A stretch of DNA of 64,000 nt from Clostridiaceae bacterium (GTDB lineage Bacteria > Bacillota > Clostridia > Saccharofermentanales > DTU023). The notes under the pieces are model-generated. The model did no database searches. It saw only the letters and a program-made list of their open reading frames with translations, and was not told where the DNA came from. The stretch lies in the NCBI GenBank assembly GCA_012838135.1, contig DUPV01000048.1, positions 13,546 to 77,545 of the forward strand, written 5' to 3'. The translations under genes and the position numbers were made by a program. Positions 29,013-37,803 of this stretch are shown here, in pieces. Numbering within the stretch: position 1 is the stretch's first letter; each line of letters starts with the position of its first letter.

Positions 29013-29411
29013 ATGTATAGAAATAAACAATTCTTTTATAATACTGAAACCGGTTCAGGTTGTGCTTGCGGACACGATCATGATGATTGCAATCATCACG
29101 ACGATGGTGATGACTATGATGACTATGATGAATTTGATGAAGATGATGAGTCTGATGAAGATGTGATGATAGAAATTGTAGATCCGGAAACAGATGAGAT
29201 TTATCAATTTTATCTGGGTGATGAATTTGACTATCAGGATGATCTTTATTATGTACTGGTAACAGTTGATGACGACCCTGTTTTTGTAATAGCCCGAGTG
29301 GTCGAGCAGGACGGTGAAATTTACATTGAAACCCTGGAAGACGAAGAAAACGAAGAAATCTATGAAGTTTATGATAAGATTTTAGAAGAAATTTTTGAAG
29401 ATGAGGGATGA
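29013..29411 (+). CDS. DUF1292-family protein with Cys/His/Asp-rich N-terminus
   Basis: DUF1292-like core (DPETDEIYQFYLGDEFDYQDDLYYVLV). Position after ireB-ruvX matches the yrzL-yrrK-yrzB arrangement. Confidence 0.75.
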   Translation: MYRNKQFFYNTETGSGCACGHDHDDCNHHDDGDDYDDYDEFDEDDESDEDVMIEIVDPETDEIYQFYLGDEFDYQDDLYYVLVTVDDDPVFVIARVVEQDGEIYIETLEDEENEEIYEVYDKILEEIFEDEG

Positions 29412-29856
29412 TCAAACGCAAAAACCTCTACAAGGTGTAGAGTCCAAGTCTTATCCGGTAAGGGAAAAGTCTGTTTTTCACAAAAAAACAGCACATGCTA
29501 ACCAAAAACCGACTGTTACCAAGGGCAGGAATAACTCTCGCAGCGGTTTAAAAAAAGGTTCCGTTAGGAAAGGCAGCACAGATTCCTTGAGCGATGAAAT
29601 GCTTGGAATTATTGTGGAAGAACGTAGCGGACAGACATTTTACATTTCTTTGATTGATAATTTTGTCTATAAGAGAAAAGAATATGCAGTTATGTATCAT
29701 TATCGAGTTGAAGACGGTGTTGACAGTGTGCCCGAGATGATTATTATGCGCTCTTATAGAGATAAAGATAAACAATATTTTACTTCTATACGCGATAAAG
29801 ATGAACTAAACACTGTTTTTGACGTGTTTTACGATCGTTTCCAACAATCAGTATAA
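29395..29856 (+). CDS. Second DUF1292-like protein with basic N-terminal extension
   Basis: C-terminal half GQTFYISLIDNFVYKRKEYAVMYHY...PEMIIMR resembles DUF1292. Overlaps the upstream gene by 17 nt. Confidence 0.5.
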   Translation: MKMRDDQTQKPLQGVESKSYPVREKSVFHKKTAHANQKPTVTKGRNNSRSGLKKGSVRKGSTDSLSDEMLGIIVEERSGQTFYISLIDNFVYKRKEYAVMYHYRVEDGVDSVPEMIIMRSYRDKDKQYFTSIRDKDELNTVFDVFYDRFQQSV

Positions 29857-29866
29857 TGGAGGATTC

Positions 29867-30787
29867 ATGAATTTCCATTCTCTTCAGCCATTCACGATAG
29901 AACAGGCTGAATTATATACGCATTATTTTAAACAGAGCAATACCAGATTGGCTGATGCTTGTCCTAACAGCAGATTTGCATGGAATGTGGGTTACGCATA
30001 TCGATATTTAATATCCGAAGATTGTTTTTGCTTAATTTCGGATGGCGGAATTTTTACCGAGCCGCATTTTTCTTTACCTTTAGGCAAATTAAATTCTGAA
30101 AAGCTGCATATTATTCTCCAACAAATTGAACCGATTTTTGAACAGGAGAACTGGTCACTTGTGGGTATGTTTATAGATCAGGCATATACGGCATTATTCT
30201 CGGAACTTACAACATATAACATGGAAATGTCATATGAAGAAGATTTTAGCGATTATATCTACCGAACTTCTGATTTGGCAAATTTAAAAGGTAAAAAATA
30301 TCGTGCTAAACGGAATCATGTCAATCGCTTCATTCGGGATTATGCAGAATTTGAATATACTTCTCTGACAAAATCCGATCAGGAAAAAGCTGTTGAGCTG
30401 GTCAGAACATGGTGTCAGGATAAAGAAGTTGATTGCTCTGATCCTTTGGCAAGTGATTGTAAACCGATTAGCAATTTGTTTGATTATTGGGATGAATTAG
30501 ATGTGCGTGGCGGTGCTATTTATTATAATTCAGATTTAATTGCTTTTTCGATGGGTTCGGTTATTTCAGACGGTCAGGAAGCGGTCATACATTTTGAAAA
30601 AGCACATCCTGACTATGAAGGACTTTACTCTGTGATTAATCAACTGACTGTAATTAATGAATTTTCTGAAACCGAATTGATCAATCGGGAAGAGGATATG
30701 GGTGAGGAAGGTATCCGAATTGCAAAAGAATCTTATTTGCCTACAGAAAAATTAAAAAAATATAGAATAGCATTATCAAAAAAATAA
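29867..30787 (+). CDS. DUF2156 domain protein (phosphatidylglycerol lysyltransferase C-terminal-like, GNAT fold)
   Basis: Contains KGKKYRAKRNHVNRFIRDY. GGAGG RBS lies before the ATG at 29867; the track start at 29819 overlaps the upstream gene. Confidence 0.65.
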   Translation: MNFHSLQPFTIEQAELYTHYFKQSNTRLADACPNSRFAWNVGYAYRYLISEDCFCLISDGGIFTEPHFSLPLGKLNSEKLHIILQQIEPIFEQENWSLVGMFIDQAYTALFSELTTYNMEMSYEEDFSDYIYRTSDLANLKGKKYRAKRNHVNRFIRDYAEFEYTSLTKSDQEKAVELVRTWCQDKEVDCSDPLASDCKPISNLFDYWDELDVRGGAIYYNSDLIAFSMGSVISDGQEAVIHFEKAHPDYEGLYSVINQLTVINEFSETELINREEDMGEEGIRIAKESYLPTEKLKKYRIALSKK

Positions 30788-30806
30788 ACATGAATTAAGA
30801 AAGTAA

Positions 30807-31892
30807 TTGTTTATGTATACGAATGAAGAAAAATGGCAACAGGAAAATCAATCACAGTCGCCGGAACAATTAAAGTTCCAAGAACAGACGCAGTTTCAGG
30901 AGCCGGCAACGCACGAAGTTCAACAAGTCTATTATCAGCAATCGTTTGGTATGGGATCGACTCATTATATCCATAAACAACAAATAGAGAATGCGGAACA
31001 TACTCAGAATTTGAACAAGAAAGTTCCGTTTTGGCGAATATGGCTCGTTTCATTTGCTTTTTTAGTATTACACCTGATTGTATTAAGTCTAAGCGGAATT
31101 ATAGCAAGTGCGATCAAAATTGCGACTAATCCGGTAAAAACACAACAAGAAATGATAAATCTTCTCATGTCCTCTGATGTTCAAAACTGGGCTTGTGTTA
31201 TCATGGGGTTAATCTGTATACCGCTTTATATTGTGTTTCTGAAAAAACGCAATCACAAATATAATGGCAGCTTGGGTTGGCATAAATTAACTATGGGATC
31301 CGTTTCAAGCATGTCACTTGCTGCAGTCGGTTCATTGGGCATGGTTACAGGTTTGCTTTTGTTACTTCAAGAATTAAGCAAGTATATACCTTATATTGAG
31401 CAAAAGCTTAAACATTATCAGGAATTGACGGAACTGGTTGTTTCAAAAGAAAGCAATATAATCTTACAAATTGTTGCAACTGCAATTATTGTGCCGATTG
31501 CGGAAGAACTTTTGTTTAGAGGGATTGTATTGGGTGAACTCAATTTTCGATATTCACCACGCACGGTCGTCCTTCTTCAAGCAGTATTATTCGGTTTATT
31601 TCATATGAATTTCGTTCAATCGCTATATACGTTTATTCCGGGATTGCTTTTGGGAATTGCATATTACTATACCGGAAACATTATCATGCCAATTATTATG
31701 CATGTTATATTTAATTTATTCGGTGGAGTTCTAACTGTGTTTTTATCGGAAAAAATCTTAAATTATATAAATTATATTGAATTGGCTACAGGATTCTTTT
31801 CGCTGATCACAATAATCATCTTTTTTATCAAAGCAAAACCCTATGCAAAACACAAACTTCAATGGGAGCGTAATTATCCGCAGAATGTTTAA
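30807..31892 (+). CDS. CPBP-family intramembrane glutamic endopeptidase (CAAX/Abi)
   Basis: Contains EELLFRG, FGLFH and HVIFN motifs in a polytopic protein with a Q-rich N-terminus. The start may be the ATG at 30813. Confidence 0.85.
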   Translation: MFMYTNEEKWQQENQSQSPEQLKFQEQTQFQEPATHEVQQVYYQQSFGMGSTHYIHKQQIENAEHTQNLNKKVPFWRIWLVSFAFLVLHLIVLSLSGIIASAIKIATNPVKTQQEMINLLMSSDVQNWACVIMGLICIPLYIVFLKKRNHKYNGSLGWHKLTMGSVSSMSLAAVGSLGMVTGLLLLLQELSKYIPYIEQKLKHYQELTELVVSKESNIILQIVATAIIVPIAEELLFRGIVLGELNFRYSPRTVVLLQAVLFGLFHMNFVQSLYTFIPGLLLGIAYYYTGNIIMPIIMHVIFNLFGGVLTVFLSEKILNYINYIELATGFFSLITIIIFFIKAKPYAKHKLQWERNYPQNV

Positions 31893-34800
31893 ACAAAGAT
31901 ATGGTAGAATTAAGAAAAGAAATTTTGTTGTATTGGCTATTTGTTTGGTAGCTGTATTGCTTCCTGTATTAATCTTGTATTTGTTTTCGACCGAAAGAGT
32001 TGAATCCGGCAATATAGCTGACTTTTCAATTAGCGATCACTCTTCACGTAAGGTTGTACAAGGCTTAGGATATGATATTGTCGCAGTTGATGATGGCAAT
32101 CTGATAAATAATAATTCTTTTGAACCTATGGTATATAAGCAGAATCTGATAGTAGACTCAGGAAACGATGAAATTATTAAGGTTGCAATGCCTAACGATC
32201 CGACAACCCGAATTTTTACAGAAAACTTTTTTGTCGATGCGAACGCTGAAGTTTTTGCAACAGATTCCGAAGGGCGTAGAGCCTTGAAAAAAAGTGGCAA
32301 AGTCAGTCAATATTTATCTGATCAAATTGATGATTTTCAACCGGTAAGCTTACCGCCGGATTTGCCAAGCAATATTCGCTGGAAGAGTATTGTCGAATCA
32401 GGCGAGAAAGTAATTCTGGGCGGGAGCAAGGGCTATATCTTGAGCATAGATTCATTTTCTTCAACATCTTTAAGTCGTTTACCTAGCGAAGAAGAGGTAA
32501 TCGGTGTTTGTGTTTTCGATGACTTGTTTTTAGCTCTCGATGAGAATGGCGGTTTTTATAAGTCTTCCGATTCACTTAAGTGGGAATTGGTTTTTCAGAT
32601 AAATGACAAGTTTTTGTTGACAAAATCGGAAGACAACTTAGAGGAAAATACGGAGGCATCAACAAGTAGAACAGATGATGTTGTAACATCGACTGATAAA
32701 ACAGATGTTGCTGAAACGTTGATAAATAAAATTAATGACACTGAAACATCAACGAGTAAAACAGATAGTTTCGCAATATCAACGGGTAAAACAGATGTTG
32801 AAATTGGAGCAGAGCCATCAGAAAATATTAAATGGCTGGATTTAAGTTCAAGAATTGATGAGCAGGGCAATTCCATATTCATGGCAGTTGGTGAGGCAGG
32901 TTTTGTTTTATATGGAAATCTGGAAAAAAACGACACTAAAAGACTTGTAACTTCACAAAATATTAATGCAGTAACTTCAAATTCCGACGGGTTTTATTTG
33001 GTCGGGGACAATTCTTTAGCATTTTATTCATATGACGGAGAGAACTATCGATATTTAGATATTCCGCAAAAAGCGAATTGGCAAGCGGTTTCTTCACGAG
33101 GCCATCAAGTCATGATCGCAGGTGATCAAGGACAGGTAGTTTTCAGCAAAGACGGCTATTCATTTGATTCTTTGAATAATGAAACGCTCAGTGAACTTTC
33201 CTTGCAACATACTGAGCAAAACCATGATGATCAGGAAGTCATTGTAATTAAACCGCATTTTGTTTCTTGTAGTATATTGAGCAACAACCAATTTATCTTG
33301 CTTGATTCACGTGGTATATCGTTTTATTCTGATAATTTCGGAGAAACCTGGAAAAATTTTAGTAATCTTGCCACGAGCAAATTTAATCTTGTGCAAAGAT
33401 TGCCGAGCGGAAGATTGTTGATGACGGGATTAGACGGCGGAATTGAATATGCCATTATGGGTTTAGTTATAAAGCTTGACAGTAAATTGGAACAAGGAAC
33501 ATATGAAAATGGTGATTTATTAGTTCTGGAGCAGATTTCGACTACACCGATTATTCAACCGAAAATAGAAGAATCAGAAACTCTGATTGGTGACTGGTAT
33601 ATCAGTAATCCGTCTGCTGTGCAGATTCAATTAAATCATAATGCACCTGATGGAGGCAGAGCGGCTCTTGAAATAGATTTGTCCCGAAAATCAAATTCCG
33701 AAAATGAACTTACAGGCTTGTTTAGTCAACAGATTATTGAGCATCAGATTCCGCAAAATGCGGGTTTGATTATTCAACAAAAGTTGGAAGATACCGCATA
33801 TACAAATATTAAAAACAATACAATTTTTAGTTTTGAATTTTGGGCAAAATTCGACTCTGATGACTCAGCCAATCTGAACCTTTCATTTGAGGGCTTAAAC
33901 TTGCAAATTGAACAATTTAACAAAAACATTTCCGGTGACTGGGAAAAGTATCAAGGTTTTTTTGTAATTCCCAAGAATTCGCTCAGAGAAGATAAATCAC
34001 TCTGGTTGCGGATTGAGCTTAACGGTTCCGGTAAACTTTATTTGGATAATTTATGGTTCGGTGCGGCAGATAATTCAGGAAAAAATATTCTGGCAAATTT
34101 ATCTGACGATTTTTCCAAAGGCTCAATTTTGCGTTTAGATTTTGTTCCAATCGGCAGTAAAGAATATCATTCTGAAAGTTGGTTGTCCTCTGAAAAATAT
34201 TACAGTTCATATTATCAGGATAAAAAGGGAATCAAACTTCAAGGTCAAGCTAATTTAGCAAAAAGCATGGAGCTTTGTAACTCGTTTAACGCTAATCCCT
34301 GGTTGCTTATTGACTCTCAAGCATCAGATAGCGAATTAAAAAATTTGATGCAGTATTTATTCGGTCAACAGAGCACACCGCTCGGGGAATTACGTACCGT
34401 ACATGGTGCGTTAAGCCGTTACAGTGATATTTTTAATCAAATATATATTGAAATAGGCGATCAAAATGGACTTTTAGAAAATGATTGGCAGCGTAAATCA
34501 TATGTAAATTGGGTTGTTCAGATTTTATCGGAGACACCGGAATATGCGCAAGTAAAGAAAAATTTGATTTTTGTGGACGGTATGCAATATAAAGATAATA
34601 TTATTTTATCTGATGCCGATTATCATGCATCAGATTTCAATTTGGATAGCAGAATCAATAATCTAACTGACTTAAAACAATTCAATAAAAATTTTACGGA
34701 ATCATTGCCCAGAGATCCGAGGAGAGGAACAGCAACTCGTTCCGAACTGATTCGTCAGACCAATCAGAATTTCGAAGAAATCAGATTGGCCGATGTAATT

Positions 34801-35205
34801 GCAACAGCTTTAAGCATGATGGGCGATGAAATTGATGCGACTTTACTGAATCTTGATTTAACGTCGGATTCGATGACAAATCCTTATGCGCATTGTTATG
34901 GCAATATAGGTAAAGCGATTTCAGATATGAATCCGTACACTTTAACTTCCGGTATTAAACAGGATAATGTATCAGCCTATGCCTATGGTTCCGGCAACAG
35001 ACGGGTTATTGTTTTGGTAAATTTCTCTGAAATGTCATCCAGCTGTCAGATTTTCAATATTGACCTCAAAGGATTCAGGCAATCAATCTATGATGCAAAA
35101 GGTGCCGTTCTTGAACAATCTAAGGTCAGACATCGTAAATCGGTTTATTCACTTTTGCCCGGCGGAGTTATTGTGCTTGAGGGAACGTTAGAGAAAAACA
35201 AATAA
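31885..35205 (+). CDS. Large membrane-anchored extracellular protein with BNR/Asp-box propeller-like region, CBM-like module and GH-like C-terminal domain
   Basis: N-terminal TM helix, Asp-box-like SDNFGETW plus related YSYDGENY and FSKDGYSF, then a jelly-roll-like segment (FEFWAKF...LYLDNLWFG). ATG at 31885 overlaps the upstream stop (ATGTTTAA). Confidence 0.6.
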   Translation: MFKQRYGRIKKRNFVVLAICLVAVLLPVLILYLFSTERVESGNIADFSISDHSSRKVVQGLGYDIVAVDDGNLINNNSFEPMVYKQNLIVDSGNDEIIKVAMPNDPTTRIFTENFFVDANAEVFATDSEGRRALKKSGKVSQYLSDQIDDFQPVSLPPDLPSNIRWKSIVESGEKVILGGSKGYILSIDSFSSTSLSRLPSEEEVIGVCVFDDLFLALDENGGFYKSSDSLKWELVFQINDKFLLTKSEDNLEENTEASTSRTDDVVTSTDKTDVAETLINKINDTETSTSKTDSFAISTGKTDVEIGAEPSENIKWLDLSSRIDEQGNSIFMAVGEAGFVLYGNLEKNDTKRLVTSQNINAVTSNSDGFYLVGDNSLAFYSYDGENYRYLDIPQKANWQAVSSRGHQVMIAGDQGQVVFSKDGYSFDSLNNETLSELSLQHTEQNHDDQEVIVIKPHFVSCSILSNNQFILLDSRGISFYSDNFGETWKNFSNLATSKFNLVQRLPSGRLLMTGLDGGIEYAIMGLVIKLDSKLEQGTYENGDLLVLEQISTTPIIQPKIEESETLIGDWYISNPSAVQIQLNHNAPDGGRAALEIDLSRKSNSENELTGLFSQQIIEHQIPQNAGLIIQQKLEDTAYTNIKNNTIFSFEFWAKFDSDDSANLNLSFEGLNLQIEQFNKNISGDWEKYQGFFVIPKNSLREDKSLWLRIELNGSGKLYLDNLWFGAADNSGKNILANLSDDFSKGSILRLDFVPIGSKEYHSESWLSSEKYYSSYYQDKKGIKLQGQANLAKSMELCNSFNANPWLLIDSQASDSELKNLMQYLFGQQSTPLGELRTVHGALSRYSDIFNQIYIEIGDQNGLLENDWQRKSYVNWVVQILSETPEYAQVKKNLIFVDGMQYKDNIILSDADYHASDFNLDSRINNLTDLKQFNKNFTESLPRDPRRGTATRSELIRQTNQNFEEIRLADVIATALSMMGDEIDATLLNLDLTSDSMTNPYAHCYGNIGKAISDMNPYTLTSGIKQDNVSAYAYGSGNRRVIVLVNFSEMSSSCQIFNIDLKGFRQSIYDAKGAVLEQSKVRHRKSVYSLLPGGVIVLEGTLEKNK

Positions 35206-35225
35206 TTATCTGATGAGGTGAAAGA

Positions 35226-36410
35226 ATGATTGATGATTTTACGCAACTTTATTATTTGGATTCATATCAAAGCGAATTTACAGCAGAAGTAACAGCCGTT
35301 AGAAAAGAAAAAAATAAGATTTGGTTATCCCTGTCTCAGACTTGTTTTTATCCGGAAGGTGGTGGTCAACCGGGTGACCGGGGAATCTTGCAAGTGATCA
35401 AACCGAACAAGCAAGTTGTAAAGGTTTTTGATACCATTTGGTCTGACGATGTAATTTGGCATCAAGTTGATCTATTGTTGGCAAAAGGTACATCAGTCGT
35501 CGGTCAAATCGATTTTGCCAAACGTTATGATTTAATGCAGCAACATAGTGGCGAACACATTTTTTCCGGTATTGTAAATCGTGAATATGGCTATACAAAT
35601 GTAGGCTTTAATATTAATTCAACCGAGATGACATTTGATTTTGACGGAGATCTAAATTGGGAACAAATAGCAGAAGTAGAAAATGAAGCAAATCAAGCTA
35701 TCTACGAAAATATTCCAATTGAGATTCGTTATATTACTCAGTCAGAACATGATGCCTGGACCTATCGGAGCAAATTACAACTTGAGCAAAACATCAGACT
35801 GGTAATTATTCCGGGCTATGATACATGTGCATGTGCAGGTACACACCTTGCTCGTACCGGAGAAATCGGTCAAATCAAGATTATTAAACGTGAATCTTAT
35901 AAAGGTGGCGTTCGCTTAACAGCTCTATGCGGTGCAAGAGCATTACACTATTTTCAAAACATTCTTCAAGTTATGCAAAGTGTTGGTGAGGTTATGTCTG
36001 CCAATCCGGAAAATTTGTTGGAAAAAATACACAATCAACAATCTGAAATTTCCGATTTAAAATTTCAAGTCAACAAAAAAAATAAAGCATGGTTGGATCT
36101 GTTCATGCAAACACTGCAACCGAAGACTAAAAGAATAATATTAACCAATCCCGAGTTTGCCAAACATGAATGGAAATATGCATGCCAATATTTAAGCGAA
36201 CATGTAAGTGAATTTGCCGGCATTTTAACTTCAGTAGCCCAATCTAAACAGCTTTTATTTCTATGTTCTGAAACACAAGATCTGCGAATAATGATTCCAA
36301 AATTAGAAGAAAAATTTAACTTCAAAGGTGGAGGAAATGCAACTTTGATCCAAGGTTTGTTACAAGCAGAGTTGCCGATAATTGAAAAATTTTTAAATGA
36401 AATACCTTAA
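35226..36410 (+). CDS. alaX: Alanyl-tRNA editing protein, AlaX-L type
   Basis: Contains HSGEHIFSG (HxxxH) and CACAGTH (CxxxH) zinc motifs and a C-terminal GGG(N) DHHA1-like motif. Confidence 0.8.
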   Translation: MIDDFTQLYYLDSYQSEFTAEVTAVRKEKNKIWLSLSQTCFYPEGGGQPGDRGILQVIKPNKQVVKVFDTIWSDDVIWHQVDLLLAKGTSVVGQIDFAKRYDLMQQHSGEHIFSGIVNREYGYTNVGFNINSTEMTFDFDGDLNWEQIAEVENEANQAIYENIPIEIRYITQSEHDAWTYRSKLQLEQNIRLVIIPGYDTCACAGTHLARTGEIGQIKIIKRESYKGGVRLTALCGARALHYFQNILQVMQSVGEVMSANPENLLEKIHNQQSEISDLKFQVNKKNKAWLDLFMQTLQPKTKRIILTNPEFAKHEWKYACQYLSEHVSEFAGILTSVAQSKQLLFLCSETQDLRIMIPKLEEKFNFKGGGNATLIQGLLQAELPIIEKFLNEIP

Positions 36411-36508
36411 AAATCAATTCTGAAGGAAGAAAAATTGTTCAAATAGCACAAGAAAACTTGATATTTCTAATCAATTATCCAAATTTCAAGAAAAGACTAA
36501 TTTACTCC

Positions 36509-36537
36509 TTGACCTAAATCAAAGTGATGCATATACT
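36509..36537 (+). promoter_or_regulatory. Near-consensus sigma-A promoter inside an ORF-free gap
   Basis: TTGACC, 17-nt spacer, TATACT. Predicted +1 near 36544. Confidence 0.5.
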
Positions 36538-36543
36538 ATAGAC

Positions 36544-37192
36544 AAGCTTCAGGGAATTCTAAAAAACCTTGATCGGAAACCTAAGCACCATGAAAATGGT
36601 TCGGGATGGCAGTAACTTGATAACTGAACATTTAGCTGGCAAAGGAAGAGTCGAAATTACCTAAAGGTAAAGGTGGTCTGTACAAGAGGCTGAAATGGTA
36701 TAACAAACATGACTATTAACTTAAAAGCTATTAACTAGTTGAATATTAGATGAAATAATAGCTGAAAATAATGAAAGTAAATAGTAAAGTATTCGATCTA
36801 ACATCAGATACCAATTGAAATATTCTAGTTAACACCCTTGTGACTATAGATCTTAAGAAAAATCATAGAAGGATCATTGATTGATCAGAAACACAATGAT
36901 TAAATAAATGAATTGCCGGCTTGAACAACTATCATTAAAGAAGTAATAAAAAATGAATGTTAAGTTGCGTATTGTAAATGCTAAGTTAGAAAGATGATTG
37001 CAAGTCAAACAATTGAATAAAGACATAGGGTTCAACAGCATACGAGAATGTATAAAAAACGTCTGAAGTACTGTTGGTAAAATGGTAACATAGCCTGGAA
37101 TGTAGTAAGTTCAAGAGTTGGATAAAAAAAGTTCCGTTAATGTAAGAGAGTGACGATTTAAGAGTTGGCAGGTTCGCTGAAGCTTTTTTATT
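36544..37192 (+). ncRNA. Candidate ~650-nt structured non-coding RNA (unclassified)
   Basis: No ORF of 60 aa or more in any frame. The + strand is purine-rich and C-poor. The 5' AAGCTTCAG (36544-52) is complementary to CTGAAGCTT (37177-85), which is followed by a T-run, and there are several perfect local helices. Confidence 0.3.
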
Positions 37193-37260
37193 TGCTCAAA
37201 AAATTCGGAAAATCACTTATAAGATTCGCATAATAATAAGTTTTTTATAAAACATCAATT

Positions 37261-37794
37261 CTAATCTGTTGCATCCAGTTTTTTGATGTAGCCGAGATTG
37301 CGATATTGTTCTTTATAATCAAGTCCGTACCCGACGAGTCTGGTATAATCAATTTCAAATCCGATATATTTTAGAGGAAGATTGATCATTAACTGATCCG
37401 GATTAGCAAACATAGCGACCAGAGTGATGCTTGCGGGATTAAATTTTTCTAAATGCTCAAACATAAAATGAGTTGTCAGTCCGGAACGGACTATTTCTTC
37501 AACAACCAGAACATCATTTCCTGTAATGTCAATTTCAATATCACGGGTAACTTGAACAATATTTGTTGCCGACTTAACTTGACTGATTGCCATAAAATCG
37601 AATTTTAGCGGCAGCTTAATTGCACGTGTAAGATCTGCTAAAAAATAAGTGGAGCCTTTGAGCATTGCGATAACGCTAAAAGGTCTTTTTGAATCCTGAT
37701 AATCTTGGGTAATTTGTTGTCCGAGTTCGATGATTCTTTTTGCGATTTGTTGTTCGGTAAATAAAATTTCATTATTTTCCAGATTTTCCAGCAT
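37261..37794 (-). CDS. hpt: Hypoxanthine(-guanine) phosphoribosyltransferase
   Basis: 177 aa with the PRPP-binding loop VLVVEEIVRSGLT and a C-terminal GYGLDY motif. Confidence 0.88.
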   Translation of the reverse strand: MLENLENNEILFTEQQIAKRIIELGQQITQDYQDSKRPFSVIAMLKGSTYFLADLTRAIKLPLKFDFMAISQVKSATNIVQVTRDIEIDITGNDVLVVEEIVRSGLTTHFMFEHLEKFNPASITLVAMFANPDQLMINLPLKYIGFEIDYTRLVGYGLDYKEQYRNLGYIKKLDATD

Positions 37795-37803
37795 AAAAAC
37801 TCC

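Noticed and set aside
29011-29421. 136-aa His-rich minus-strand ORF
   Set aside because: It is a mirror image of the GAT/GAA/GAC-rich acidic coding sequence of the DUF1292 gene, which makes it a compositional artefact.
32595-32936. 113-aa minus-strand ORF
   Set aside because: It is antisense to the Thr/Ser/Asp repeat region of the 1100-aa surface protein and has no start context.
36411-37260. Known RNA classes or a decayed gene as an explanation for the ORF-free gap
   Set aside because: By eye I found no T-box (no AGGGUGGUACCGCG-like box), no tmRNA ends (GGGG...UCCACCA), no RNase P GAGGAAAGUCC, and no group II intron GUGYG/domain V. The longest stop-free stretch (~58 codons ending ...HHENGSGWQ) lacks a start codon and any recognisable similarity. 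The region is therefore kept only as an unclassified ncRNA candidate.
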